Source: Candidatus Staskawiczbacteria bacterium RIFCSPLOWO2_01_FULL_33_13 | Lineage (GTDB): Bacteria > Patescibacteriota > Minisyncoccia > Minisyncoccales > Staskawiczbacteraceae | DNA: 64,000 nucleotides | Assembly (NCBI GenBank): GCA_001820215.1 | Contig: MHOW01000006.1 | Coordinates: 47,039-111,038 of the forward strand | Direction of reading: 5' to 3' | In this document: in pieces, positions 37,239 through 46,776 of the stretch | Layout of the letters: each line of letters starts with the position of its first letter | Numbering within the stretch: position 1 is the first letter of the stretch | Notes under the pieces: model-generated | The model's input: the letters and a program-made list of their open reading frames with translations, nothing else | Databases searched by the model: none | What the model was told of the DNA's origin: nothing | Program-made: the position numbers and the translations under genes

Positions 37239-38573
37239 ATGGAAGAAAATGCTAAAAAAATATTAGGCTCGGTAGCAATTCCGCCTGAAATAATTGAAGA
37301 AATTAAAAAATCTGTTGCCAATATTGCCGACTTTGGAAAAAAAATTGAAGATCACATAAGCCAAAATACCACCAATCTTTTGGATGTGGTTTTATTTGGA
37401 GCCATAAGCCTTGGCGCTTCTGATATTCATATTGAACCTCAAGAGAATCAAATAAGATTACGAATAAGGCTTGATGGAGTTTTGCAAGATGCTGTTTTTT
37501 TTAACCAAAACATATACCATAACCTTCTTTCAAGAATAAAACTCTTATCAAAAATTAAATTAAATATTACCAATACTCCCCAAGATGGAAGATTTACTAT
37601 TAGCATAGAAGATTTATTAATTGAAATAAGAACATCCAGCTTGCCGGCTGAATATGGCGAATCAATCGTGATGAGAATTTTAAACCCTAAAAATTTAGTT
37701 GGTTTAGAATCGCTAGAATTAAGAGAAGATTTATACAAAATTTTTCAAAAAGAAATAAAAAAACCCAACGGAATGATTATTATTACCGGCCCCACAGGTT
37801 CTGGAAAAACTACCACTCTATATGCATTCTTAATGAAAATACAAAATCCGGAAATAAAAATAATCACCATTGAAGACCCGATTGAGTATCATATAAAGGG
37901 GGTTTCGCAAACCCAGGTGGCGCCAGAAAAAGGATATGATTTTCCAGAAGGACTAAGGTCTATTGTAAGGCAAGATCCTGATGTAATATTGGTTGGTGAA
38001 ATTAGAGATGCAGAAACTGCTTCAATTACGCTACAAGCTTCGTTAACTGGCCACTTAGTATTATCAACAATCCATACCAATGACGCCGCTGGCACTATCC
38101 CAAGGCTAGTTGACTTAGGAATGGAAACTTCGTCTATAGCTTCTTCTTTGAAAATGGTTATTGGGCAAAGATTGGTAAGAAAGGTGTGCAGTAAATGCTC
38201 AACGCTAGCATCTCCTTTGAAAGAAGAATTATTAGAAATAGAAAAGGGACTACAAAATCTTCCAAAAGAATTATTAAAAACTCTACCCGCCGTCGCTGAA
38301 GCTATGGCGGGCAAAGTAAAAATTCCAAAAATATCCGCCAAAGGATGCAAGGACTGTAATTTTACAGGATATAAAGATAGGAGAGGATTGTTTGAAGTAT
38401 TTTTAGTTGAAGAAGATATGGAAAGATTTATTTTAACCAACCCCCCCGTTTCCGAAATTAAAAAAAGAGCCATAGAAAATGGCATGATTACTATTTACCA
38501 ATCTGGATTAATTGAGGTTGTACTAGGTCGCACCACTTTAGAAGAAGTTAAGAAGGTAGTTGAAGAAGACTGA
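37239..38573 (+). CDS. GspE/PilB family pilus/secretion ATPase
   Basis: ASDIHIEP, PQDGRF, GPTGSGKTTTLY, TIEDPIEY, RQDPD.ILVGEIRD, TGHLVLST.HTN. Confidence 0.92.
   Translation: MEENAKKILGSVAIPPEIIEEIKKSVANIADFGKKIEDHISQNTTNLLDVVLFGAISLGASDIHIEPQENQIRLRIRLDGVLQDAVFFNQNIYHNLLSRIKLLSKIKLNITNTPQDGRFTISIEDLLIEIRTSSLPAEYGESIVMRILNPKNLVGLESLELREDLYKIFQKEIKKPNGMIIITGPTGSGKTTTLYAFLMKIQNPEIKIITIEDPIEYHIKGVSQTQVAPEKGYDFPEGLRSIVRQDPDVILVGEIRDAETASITLQASLTGHLVLSTIHTNDAAGTIPRLVDLGMETSSIASSLKMVIGQRLVRKVCSKCSTLASPLKEELLEIEKGLQNLPKELLKTLPAVAEAMAGKVKIPKISAKGCKDCNFTGYKDRRGLFEVFLVEEDMERFILTNPPVSEIKKRAIENGMITIYQSGLIEVVLGRTTLEEVKKVVEED
38283..38314. repeat. Short palindromic element in-frame in PilB (LPAVAEAMAG)
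   Basis: ctacccgccgtcgctgaagctatggcgggcaa; related to the tatD insert in opposite orientation. Confidence 0.7.
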
Positions 38574-38616
38574 AAAAGCGCTTTTCAAAAAGCGCCTAGC
38601 GATTACAAAGAGAAAT

Positions 38617-38756
38617 AAAAAAATAGCTCTGGAGTTGGAGGTGTCATTATATCTGGGATATAAGTAAGAGTTTGTCCGAGGAGTAGTTGAGCCGGAGCAA
38701 AACTATCCAAACTAAGACAAATTCATATAAAACCTCCAACTCAAGAGCTATTTTTT
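38617..38756. other. Long rod-like hairpin, candidate structured RNA or element
   Basis: aaaaaatagctctggagttggaggt / acctccaactcaagagctatttttt enclosing further stems. Confidence 0.5.
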
Positions 38757-38809
38757 GTATAAATAGTAAAAATTAATCGATACATCAATTATATCACCTA
38801 ACAATATAT

Positions 38810-39823
38810 ATGTCAAGTACTATTATAGAAAACCCAGGTACGGGCAATGATATTTTAGATTCTGCCTTAAGGCCCAAAAAATGGCAAGATTATGTGGGCC
38901 AAGAAAAAATTAAGGACAATTTAAAAATTATTTTAACCGCAGCAAAACAAAGAGATCAATCTCCTGATCATTTATTGTTTTATGGCAATTCTGGGCTTGG
39001 CAAAACCACGCTCGCCCACTTGGTAGCCCTAGAAATGGGAAAACAAATTAGAATTACCACAGGGCCTGCTATTGAAAGAGCTGGGGATTTGGCGGCAATT
39101 TTAACTAATCTTCAAGAAGGCGATGTACTGTTTTTAGACGAGATACACAGAATGCACAAAAGCGTAGAAGAATATATTTACCCTGCAATGGAAGACTATA
39201 AGCTAAACCTGATTTTAGGCAAAGGCCCAATGGCACGCACCATGGAGTTAAAATTGCCCCGATTTACTTTAATAGGAGCTACCACACGGCCCGGCCTTTT
39301 ATCAACTCCTCTAAGAAACCGTTTTGGCGCCACTTTTCAGCTTAATTTTTACAAACCTGAGGATATTGAAAAAATAGTTGAAAAATCCGCCCAGATTTTA
39401 CAGATACAAATTGATGCTGAGGCAATTAAAATAATTGCCAAAAGATCTCGTTTTACTCCAAGAGTAGCAAACAGATTATTAAAAAGAGCACGCGACTTTG
39501 CTCAAGTAAAAAACCAAGGTATTATCACAAAAGAAATTGCAGAACAATCTTTACATTCACTGGAAGTTGATAGGATGGGTTTAGAACCAGGGGATATAAA
39601 AATTTTAATGGCTTTAATAGAAAAATTTGATGGGGGGCCCGTAGGATTGCAATCTTTAGCCGCCGCAGCAATGGAAGAAGAGGATACTATTTTAGACATC
39701 TACGAGCCGTATTTAATGCAATGCGGACTTATAGAAAGAACTCCCAAAGGCAGAATTGCCTCCCGACTTGCCTATGAACACCTGGGATTAAAATATAAAA
39801 AAGCACAGAATAATTTACTGTGA
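38810..39823 (+). CDS. ruvB: Holliday junction helicase RuvB
   Basis: [55 protein letters not shown]. Confidence 0.97.
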   Translation: MSSTIIENPGTGNDILDSALRPKKWQDYVGQEKIKDNLKIILTAAKQRDQSPDHLLFYGNSGLGKTTLAHLVALEMGKQIRITTGPAIERAGDLAAILTNLQEGDVLFLDEIHRMHKSVEEYIYPAMEDYKLNLILGKGPMARTMELKLPRFTLIGATTRPGLLSTPLRNRFGATFQLNFYKPEDIEKIVEKSAQILQIQIDAEAIKIIAKRSRFTPRVANRLLKRARDFAQVKNQGIITKEIAEQSLHSLEVDRMGLEPGDIKILMALIEKFDGGPVGLQSLAAAAMEEEDTILDIYEPYLMQCGLIERTPKGRIASRLAYEHLGLKYKKAQNNLL

Positions 39824-39850
39824 ATTACGAAAGCATTTCGTAATTCAAGG
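39821..39850. repeat. Family A minimal copy overlapping the ruvB stop
   Basis: tgaattacgaaa-gca-tttcgtaattcaagg. Confidence 0.7.
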
Positions 39851-39858
39851 CAAATAAC

Positions 39859-41034
39859 ATGAAGTGTAGTAGTTTATTAATATTTTTTGTCATTTTAATT
39901 TTGCCCCTTAGCGCTTTTTCAGTTGAAACTCCTAGTGTTGTAATTAACGAAATTGCCTGGATGGGAAGCGTTACTTCGGCAAATGATGAATGGATAGAAT
40001 TAAAAAACAATACTAATGAAGATATAAACCTAGAGGGATGGTTTTTAAAAACAACTGATGAAAAAATAAAAATATATTTAACAGGAAAAATACCCGCTAA
40101 TGGATTTTACCTACTAGAAAGAACCGATGAAAATTCTGTAATGAATATTAAGGCAGATATTATTTATACTGGGGCGCTTAGTAATAGCGGACAATCCTTA
40201 GAATTATATCAAAACTCAAGCATATTAATTGATCACTTAGGATTTAGCTCAAAATGGCCATCAGGAGATAACACTACAAAACAAACCATGGAAAGAATTG
40301 ATAATAGTAATTGGCAAACTAGCAAAAATCCCGGGGGCACTCCTGGAGGCGAAAATAGTATTATCCAATTAATAGAAATTTTAGAAATAAAACCAGTAGT
40401 GCCAGAAGAAATAAAAAACTTAAAAGAGCCAACCACATACCCTGATGGAATTTTTATTAACGAAATAATGCCGGCTCCCGAAGGCCCCGATGACACAAAC
40501 GAATGGATTGAATTATATAATAACAATAACTTTGCTGTTGATATATCTTACTGGAAACTACAAGATACAAAGGGCGCAATAACAAATTACACGCTCCCAA
40601 AAAATACTATATTACAAAGTAATGGGTACTTGGTTTTAAAAAGAAGCCAAACAAAAATAACACTAAACAATGATGAAGATGTTATAAATTTAATTTTACC
40701 AAATGGGAGAATAGCCGATTCAACTTCTTATAAAGAAGCTTCTAAAAACCAATCTTATAGCAAAACACTGTCTGGCTTTACATGGACCGAAAATACAACT
40801 CCGGGATCAATAAATAATATATCAGCAAGCTCTTTTGAAAAAATAGTATTGTTAAATAAAGAAAAACCTGATAATAGTAAAACAAATACTAACTTTAACA
40901 CCGCAAGCATTACCGATGGAGTTACATCTTTAACCAAAACAAACCCTTGGTTTTTATTTTTGACTGCCCTCGCAGTTGCTATCGTTTCTGGAATAATAAT
41001 TCTTGTAGTAAAGTTGAAAATATTTAAAAAATAG
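39859..41034 (+). CDS. Exported protein with two lamin-tail domains and C-terminal TM anchor
   Basis: Signal peptide; INEI....EWIEL.N twice; TPG..N. Confidence 0.85.
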   Translation: MKCSSLLIFFVILILPLSAFSVETPSVVINEIAWMGSVTSANDEWIELKNNTNEDINLEGWFLKTTDEKIKIYLTGKIPANGFYLLERTDENSVMNIKADIIYTGALSNSGQSLELYQNSSILIDHLGFSSKWPSGDNTTKQTMERIDNSNWQTSKNPGGTPGGENSIIQLIEILEIKPVVPEEIKNLKEPTTYPDGIFINEIMPAPEGPDDTNEWIELYNNNNFAVDISYWKLQDTKGAITNYTLPKNTILQSNGYLVLKRSQTKITLNNDEDVINLILPNGRIADSTSYKEASKNQSYSKTLSGFTWTENTTPGSINNISASSFEKIVLLNKEKPDNSKTNTNFNTASITDGVTSLTKTNPWFLFLTALAVAIVSGIIILVVKLKIFKK

Positions 41035-41094
41035 TATAACCAAGCACAAAAATAGTAAACTATTTTGTGCTCGGTGAAAATTATTCTAATTTTC

Positions 41095-41814
41095 ATGTCA
41101 GGACATAGTCATTTTAAAACTGTTGCAGCCACCAAAAACGCTAATGACGCCAAAAAAGGAAAAATATTTTCTAAAATGGCACGGGTTATTACTATTGCTG
41201 TAAAAGATAAGGGCCCTGATGTAGCGAACAACATCCAACTAAAAGCGGCTATTGAAAAAGCTAAAGAATTTAATATGCCCAAAGAAAATATTGAAAGGGC
41301 TATTAAAAAGGGTACTGGGGAATTGGCTGGAGAAAACTTAGAAGAAGTTTCTTTTGAAGCATTTGGACCAGGCGGCATTGCAATTATAATAGAGGGTATT
41401 ACCGATAATAAAAATAGAACCCTTGGCGAAATAAAGGGTATTTTAGGCCAATACGAAGGGAAAATGGCCGGCGAAGGATCGGTGAGGTGGATGTTTGATA
41501 AAAAGGGTTCTATATCAATACACTGCCAAGATACACCAAAAGAAGAATTAGAAATGTTAGCAATAGAAGTTGGAGCAACAGATTTTAACCACCATGACAA
41601 TATGCTTGATATTTATACAAAGCCTGAAGATTTAGAAAAAACAAAAAAAATACTAGAAGAAAAAAATATAAAAATTGAAAGCTCTTCTTTAGATTTAGCC
41701 GCAAAAGAGGAAGTTGTGGTATCGGATAAAGAAAAGGAAAGAATACAGAAACTTTTTGAGGCATTAGATGAAAATGATGCCATACAAAATATTTATTCTA
41801 ATCTAAAAACATGA
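41095..41814 (+). CDS. yebC: YebC/PmpR family protein
   Basis: MSGHSH, K.FSK, MPKENIERAIK, E..GPGG, TDNKNRT. Confidence 0.93.
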   Translation: MSGHSHFKTVAATKNANDAKKGKIFSKMARVITIAVKDKGPDVANNIQLKAAIEKAKEFNMPKENIERAIKKGTGELAGENLEEVSFEAFGPGGIAIIIEGITDNKNRTLGEIKGILGQYEGKMAGEGSVRWMFDKKGSISIHCQDTPKEELEMLAIEVGATDFNHHDNMLDIYTKPEDLEKTKKILEEKNIKIESSSLDLAAKEEVVVSDKEKERIQKLFEALDENDAIQNIYSNLKT

Positions 41815-42329
41815 TTATTTTAGGCATAGATCCAGGAACTGCAACTACCGGATATGGTGTTATTTCAACAAAAATCCCAAAACATTTACAACAAAATAGA
41901 AATGAAAAACCAATAGTTATTGATTTTGGATGTATTTCCACCACAAAATTTGATTCTGCGGGAGAGAGATTAAAAATAATCCACAATGAAATTAATGTAT
42001 TAATTGATAAGCACAAGCCAGATTTAATTTCAGTTGAAAGTCTTTATTTTTTTAAAAATCTTAAAACCGCTATGCCAGTGAGCCAGGCTAAGGGGGTTAT
42101 TTTATTTACTGCGGCCAATAGAAATATACCTATTTGTGAATTCACTCCCTTGCAAATTAAAATGACCGTAGTTGGTTATGGAAGGGCAGAAAAAAAACAA
42201 GTACAAAGCATGACTAGGCAATTACTTGATTTAAGTAATTTCAATTTAAAAGAAAAAAGTAGAAAAAAAGACGATGCTTCAGATGCGTTAGGGGTAGCCC
42301 TTTGTGCAGTTTTGAAAGGTTTTAATTAA
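41811..42329 (+). CDS. ruvC: Holliday junction resolvase RuvC
   Basis: ILGIDPG..TGYG, E.LYF.KN, QAKGV, G.GRA.K.QV, DD.SDAL. Confidence 0.95.
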   Translation: MIILGIDPGTATTGYGVISTKIPKHLQQNRNEKPIVIDFGCISTTKFDSAGERLKIIHNEINVLIDKHKPDLISVESLYFFKNLKTAMPVSQAKGVILFTAANRNIPICEFTPLQIKMTVVGYGRAEKKQVQSMTRQLLDLSNFNLKEKSRKKDDASDALGVALCAVLKGFN

Positions 42330-42345
42330 TAAATCTACATAGCCC

Positions 42346-42373
42346 TTGACAATAGTTTGTGAAAAAATATAAT
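42346..42373 (+). promoter_or_regulatory. Sigma70-type promoter
   Basis: TTGACA-16 nt-TATAAT. Confidence 0.6.
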
Positions 42374-42391
42374 AGGAACAAGATAATAAAA

Positions 42392-42519
42392 TAATTATCA
42401 ATTATCAAATTATCAATTATCAATCAAACTTTAATTAACTAATTATCAATGACAAAATTATCGTTGATAATTAACAAATTGAAAATTCATTGAAAATTGG
42501 TCATTGAAAATTGAAAATT
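42392..42519. repeat. Opposed heptamer arrays (AATTATC)n ... (TTGAAAA)n with no gene between
   Basis: Same architecture as the arms flanking the four-helix-bundle gene at 53861-54329. Confidence 0.6.
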
Positions 42520-42530
42520 CATTAAAAACT

Positions 42531-42686
42531 ATGGAGGAGGATTTTTTAAATAATCTTATAAGCCAATCTGATGATACTGACGATGATAGTGTTGTATCAG
42601 ATATAGATGACGAAGAAGGTGAAGACGAGAAAGACCCAGATGCAGAAGACGATGACGACCAAACACCTGTTGAAGAGGAAGAATAA
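42531..42686 (+). CDS. Very acidic 51-aa protein
   Basis: D/E-rich ORF with its own promoter and terminator. Confidence 0.6.
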   Translation: MEEDFLNNLISQSDDTDDDSVVSDIDDEEGEDEKDPDAEDDDDQTPVEEEE

Positions 42687-42697
42687 TATTGATTATT

Positions 42698-42732
42698 ATA
42701 AAAAAACAGCCCATCGGGGGCTGTTTTTTTAT
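42698..42732. terminator. Intrinsic terminator
   Basis: ataaaaaaacagccc...gggctgtttttttat. Confidence 0.75.
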
Positions 42733-42740
42733 TACGAATT

Positions 42741-42914
42741 ACCTTAAATTACGAAATGATTTTTAGTTATTTATTAGGGAATTTTGTTTCTGGTGAAGGA
42801 AAAATATAAAAAGGTAACTACGCTTACCTTTTTACATTTTTACAAAGCCAGAGACAAAATTAACAATAAATAGCAAAAACTTGCATTTTCTATGGTCATT
42901 TCGTAATTTAAGGT
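42741..42914. repeat. Family A element with a different interior
   Basis: Perfect 19-bp arms accttaaattacgaaatga / tcatttcgtaatttaaggt. Confidence 0.8.
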
Positions 42915-42954
42915 ATTATGCATAATAAGTACTTTAAAGTATAATAAGTAAAAT

Positions 42955-45177
42955 ATGCAAAAAAATAAATTTAAGGGACTGCTAAAAAAATATCTTGTTT
43001 TTGTGAAAAAAACAAAAAAGTATTTTCACAAAATAATAACCCTAAAAAACAAAAGGGGCAAATTATTTGTTGTTATTATTGCTAAATACATGCTATTTTT
43101 GTTTTTAGCTTTTTGTATTTTCATATTATTTTTATTTTTTTATTATACCTATAATCTGCCTCGTCCCGAAAAATTCACCGAAACTCCTTTTATACAATCA
43201 ACTAAAATTTACGATAGAACAGGAGACACTCTTTTATATGATATTTATGGAGAAGAAAAAAGAGCAATCGTTGCCTTTGATAAAATTTCAGATAATTTAA
43301 AGCATGCAGTATTGTCTTCGGAAGATGCAAGATTTTACCAGCACAAAGGAGTAGACTTAAGATCAATTATTCGATCAGTGTTGGTTAATTTAAAACTACA
43401 GTCAGTAAGTCAAGGGGGGTCAACTATAACCCAACAACTTGTGCGTTCGGTGTATTTAACAAAACAAAAAACACTATCAAGAAAAATAAGGGAATTAGTG
43501 TTAAGCATAGAATTAGAAAGAAGATATTCTAAAGATCAAATTTTTGACTGGTATTTAAATAAAATCCCTTTTGGAGTAAACACCTATGGCGCCGAGTCAG
43601 CCAGCCAAACTTATTTTAATAAGTCCGCACTTGAACTTTCTTTAGCAGAAGCCGCTGCCTTAACAGCGCTAATACCAGCTCCAAGCTACTATTCGCCATA
43701 CGGGAGACACAAAGATCTGCTTTTACAAAAGAAAGATTATATTTTAGAAAGAATGGAGCAATTGGGATATATTAATAACGAACAATTATTAGCGGCAAAA
43801 CAGGAAGAATTAAAATTTTCTGAAAATCTTGTTTCAATAAAAGCTCCCCACTTTGTAATGTATGTGAAAAAATATCTGGAGGAAAAATATGGAGAAGATT
43901 TTTTAAAAGAAAAGGGATTGAAAGTGTACACAACCCTAGATTGGGAATTGCAAGATTATGCTGAAAAAACAATAAAAGAAGCAGATAAAACAAATGTGCA
44001 ATTTAATGCAAACAACACTGCGCTCGTAGTGATAAATCCAAAAACAGGAGAAATACTATCTTTAGTTGGATCAAAGGATTATTTTGAAAAATCTTATCCT
44101 GAAGGATGTGATCAAAAAACAGGTAAAACTTGTTTATTTGAAGCAAAATTTGATGTTGCAACTATGGGTTTTAGACAACCAGGATCTTCTTTTAAGCCTT
44201 TTGTGTACGCAACCGCATTTAAAAAGGGATATACGCCAGATACAGCACTATGGGATGTGAAAACAGAATTTAATCCAAATTGCAGTAAAGATGCCAGCCA
44301 ACAAAAAGACAGGTATGGTTTAGCTTGTTATCATCCCCAAAATTATGATGGATTGGAAAGAGGTATGGTTTCTTTAAGATCTTCTTTGGCACAATCTCTC
44401 AATATACCTTCAGTAGAGCTTCTTTATTTAACCGGATTAAAAGACAGCCTCAAAACAGCTCAAGATTTTGGCATTACAACCCTAAACGAACCTGAAAGGT
44501 ATGGCTTATCTTTGGTGCTAGGGGGAGGCGAAGTAAACTTATTGGAATTAACCTCTGCGTATGGAATTTTTGCCACAGAAGGGCTTAAAACACCTCCTGT
44601 AAGCATTTTAAAAATAGAAAATAGCAATGGTGACATTATTGAAAAAAATACCAAAGAATCAACTAAAGTGTTAGACACTCAAATAGCTAGGCAAATTAAT
44701 AGTATTTTATCAGATAACAACGCAAGAGCCCCTATTTTTGGAGTAAATAATGCTTTGCATTTTGCTAATTATCAAGTTGCTGCTAAAACAGGAACTACCC
44801 AATATTTTAACGATGCCTGGACAATGGGATATAGCCCCTCTTTTGCAATTGGTGTTTGGGTGGGTAATAATAACAATGCCTCTATAAATAAAAAAACGGG
44901 TATTGGATTGGCGGCTCCAGTTTGGAGAAAAGTCATGGAAAAAGCGATTACCTCTTTACCGAAAGAAAATTTTACAAAACCCGCAGCCGTAAAAGATATA
45001 AACCCTGTGTTATTAGGCCAATTTCCAAAAACAGATGAACCTCACAGTATTTTACACTACATTAATAGAAAGGACCCACTAGGTCCACCACCACAAGATC
45101 CTAATAATGATCCTTTGTATCCTTTCTTTGAAGAGGGCATTAAAAATTGGTTATCATTATCAAAAACTACACCTTAA
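42955..45177 (+). CDS. Class A penicillin-binding protein (PBP1A-like)
   Basis: EDARFY.H.GVD, GGSTITQQL, RK..E, YLN; RQPGSSFKP, SLN, KTGT. Confidence 0.94.
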   Translation: MQKNKFKGLLKKYLVFVKKTKKYFHKIITLKNKRGKLFVVIIAKYMLFLFLAFCIFILFLFFYYTYNLPRPEKFTETPFIQSTKIYDRTGDTLLYDIYGEEKRAIVAFDKISDNLKHAVLSSEDARFYQHKGVDLRSIIRSVLVNLKLQSVSQGGSTITQQLVRSVYLTKQKTLSRKIRELVLSIELERRYSKDQIFDWYLNKIPFGVNTYGAESASQTYFNKSALELSLAEAAALTALIPAPSYYSPYGRHKDLLLQKKDYILERMEQLGYINNEQLLAAKQEELKFSENLVSIKAPHFVMYVKKYLEEKYGEDFLKEKGLKVYTTLDWELQDYAEKTIKEADKTNVQFNANNTALVVINPKTGEILSLVGSKDYFEKSYPEGCDQKTGKTCLFEAKFDVATMGFRQPGSSFKPFVYATAFKKGYTPDTALWDVKTEFNPNCSKDASQQKDRYGLACYHPQNYDGLERGMVSLRSSLAQSLNIPSVELLYLTGLKDSLKTAQDFGITTLNEPERYGLSLVLGGGEVNLLELTSAYGIFATEGLKTPPVSILKIENSNGDIIEKNTKESTKVLDTQIARQINSILSDNNARAPIFGVNNALHFANYQVAAKTGTTQYFNDAWTMGYSPSFAIGVWVGNNNNASINKKTGIGLAAPVWRKVMEKAITSLPKENFTKPAAVKDINPVLLGQFPKTDEPHSILHYINRKDPLGPPPQDPNNDPLYPFFEEGIKNWLSLSKTTP

Positions 45178-45226
45178 AAAACAAATTAAAAACCCTGTTA
45201 TTTTTACAGGGTTTTTAATTTGTTTT
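45178..45226. terminator. Bidirectional terminator
   Basis: 21-bp arms aaaacaaattaaaaaccctgt / acagggtttttaatttgtttt between convergent genes. Confidence 0.7.
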
Positions 45227-45255
45227 AAATATAAATTTCTAACTGCTTTTGATTT

Positions 45256-46380
45256 TTATATAGACTTAATGGGCATCGCTACATATACATAACTAGAATC
45301 TCCAACTGGCTTTAAAATACATGGCCCCTCTTCTTTGCTTATATTAAATGCAACTTCTGAACTTTTAATATTTGAAAGCCCTTCTATTAAGTAGCGATAA
45401 TTAAACGAAACCTCTATTGCGTCTCCTTCAATTTTTGCTTGCACACTTGACCTATTTTCTCCAATATCGGTGTTTTTGGCAAAAATTTCTACCTCTTTTT
45501 TCTCTGGTTTAACTGAAAGCCTAACTTCATTAGTTTTATTTGAAAATAACGAAGCCGTTTTTATTTGATTTAAAAATTCATCTTTTTTTAATACGATATT
45601 TGTTTTAAATTTATTAGGAATAATTTCTTGATAATTAGGATATTCCCCCTCAATTAAACGAGAAATAATTTGCACCTGAGGATGTTTTATCTCTTCCATA
45701 GGAAATTCAAACAATGCTTGATTGCCAGAAAAGTATATTTTTAACACGCCTTCTTTATCTTCTAAAATACTCATAATTTCTCTTGAGGGCCTTTGGGGTA
45801 AAATAAATGAATACTCTTTTTTTACAGGACTTTCTAATACTATATTTTTTTCTGCTAACCTAAAACTATCTGTTGCAACGATTTTAATATTATTTTTATT
45901 AAAATTAAAATAAATACCAGATATTTCGGGTCTTGATTGTGATGGCATTGCAATATCAATTACCTGTGAAAGACCTTGGCAAAATTTCTTATTATCAACT
46001 TCTAAATATTCTAAATTTGAAAACTCAGGTATTATAGGAAATTCTTCAGGATTATATCCTTGTATTTGGGTTTTAAAATTACTGCATTCAATATAGAGAT
46101 TTTGACTTTTTTCTTCAATAGTAATTTTTTCGTTTGGCAAAGAAGAAACATAATTAGAAAGGAATTTTGCAGGAATTACCACTTTACCTTTTTTAATAAT
46201 TTTAGTTAAAATCCATAACTTAATAGTAGTTTCTAAATTAGTAGAAATTAAATTTAAAAAACTATCTTCGGTAGTTATTAAAATATTATCTAAAATAGGC
46301 AAAGATATATTTTTACCAATAATTCTTTCGGTAATATTAAGCCCCTTTTTTAAATTTTCCTTTAAGATTTCTATTTTCAT
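45256..46380 (-). CDS. dnaN: DNA polymerase III beta clamp
   Basis: LPILDN, TNLE, EEFP, RPEISG, ATDSFRLA, SRLIEGEYPNY, MPI. Confidence 0.96.
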   Translation of the reverse strand: MKIEILKENLKKGLNITERIIGKNISLPILDNILITTEDSFLNLISTNLETTIKLWILTKIIKKGKVVIPAKFLSNYVSSLPNEKITIEEKSQNLYIECSNFKTQIQGYNPEEFPIIPEFSNLEYLEVDNKKFCQGLSQVIDIAMPSQSRPEISGIYFNFNKNNIKIVATDSFRLAEKNIVLESPVKKEYSFILPQRPSREIMSILEDKEGVLKIYFSGNQALFEFPMEEIKHPQVQIISRLIEGEYPNYQEIIPNKFKTNIVLKKDEFLNQIKTASLFSNKTNEVRLSVKPEKKEVEIFAKNTDIGENRSSVQAKIEGDAIEVSFNYRYLIEGLSNIKSSEVAFNISKEEGPCILKPVGDSSYVYVAMPIKSI

Positions 46381-46596
46381 AATAATATATAATATATTAA
46401 ATATCTTATTGTTATTAGGGTAGTGATTTTTGTTAATTTTTAAATTTTTATTATATTGTCGTATGTGTAAATTTTTAAAAAATAAACTGTGAATAAAATA
46501 GTCTAAAAATATATTAATAAAATATGTGAATTATTTTTATAATTTTTTATAGATAGTTTGTTATGTGTTTTATCCACCATATATTCTATTTTTTTA
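46381..46596. promoter_or_regulatory. Probable oriC segment (dnaA-dnaN), very AT-rich with DnaA boxes
   Basis: TGTGAATAA 46488-46496, near-matches TGTGAATTA 46525 and TTATCCACC 46570; canonical position. Confidence 0.6.
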
Positions 46597-46773
46597 ATTA
46601 CTTTGAATTACGAAATGCTTTCTAGGTATTTTTTTCAAATTTTAGAATGAAAATTTGATAGAATTATTTTACCTAGTAAGCTAGGTAAAATAATTATAGC
46701 GGGTTTTCAACTAAAATTTGGAGAAAAGACCAGAAATTTGCTTTCCAAAGGGCATTTCGTAATTCAAAGTAAT
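46597..46773. repeat. Family A element, full length
   Basis: Perfect 22-bp arms attactttgaattacgaaatgc / gcatttcgtaattcaaagtaat. Confidence 0.88.
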
Positions 46774-46776
46774 ATT

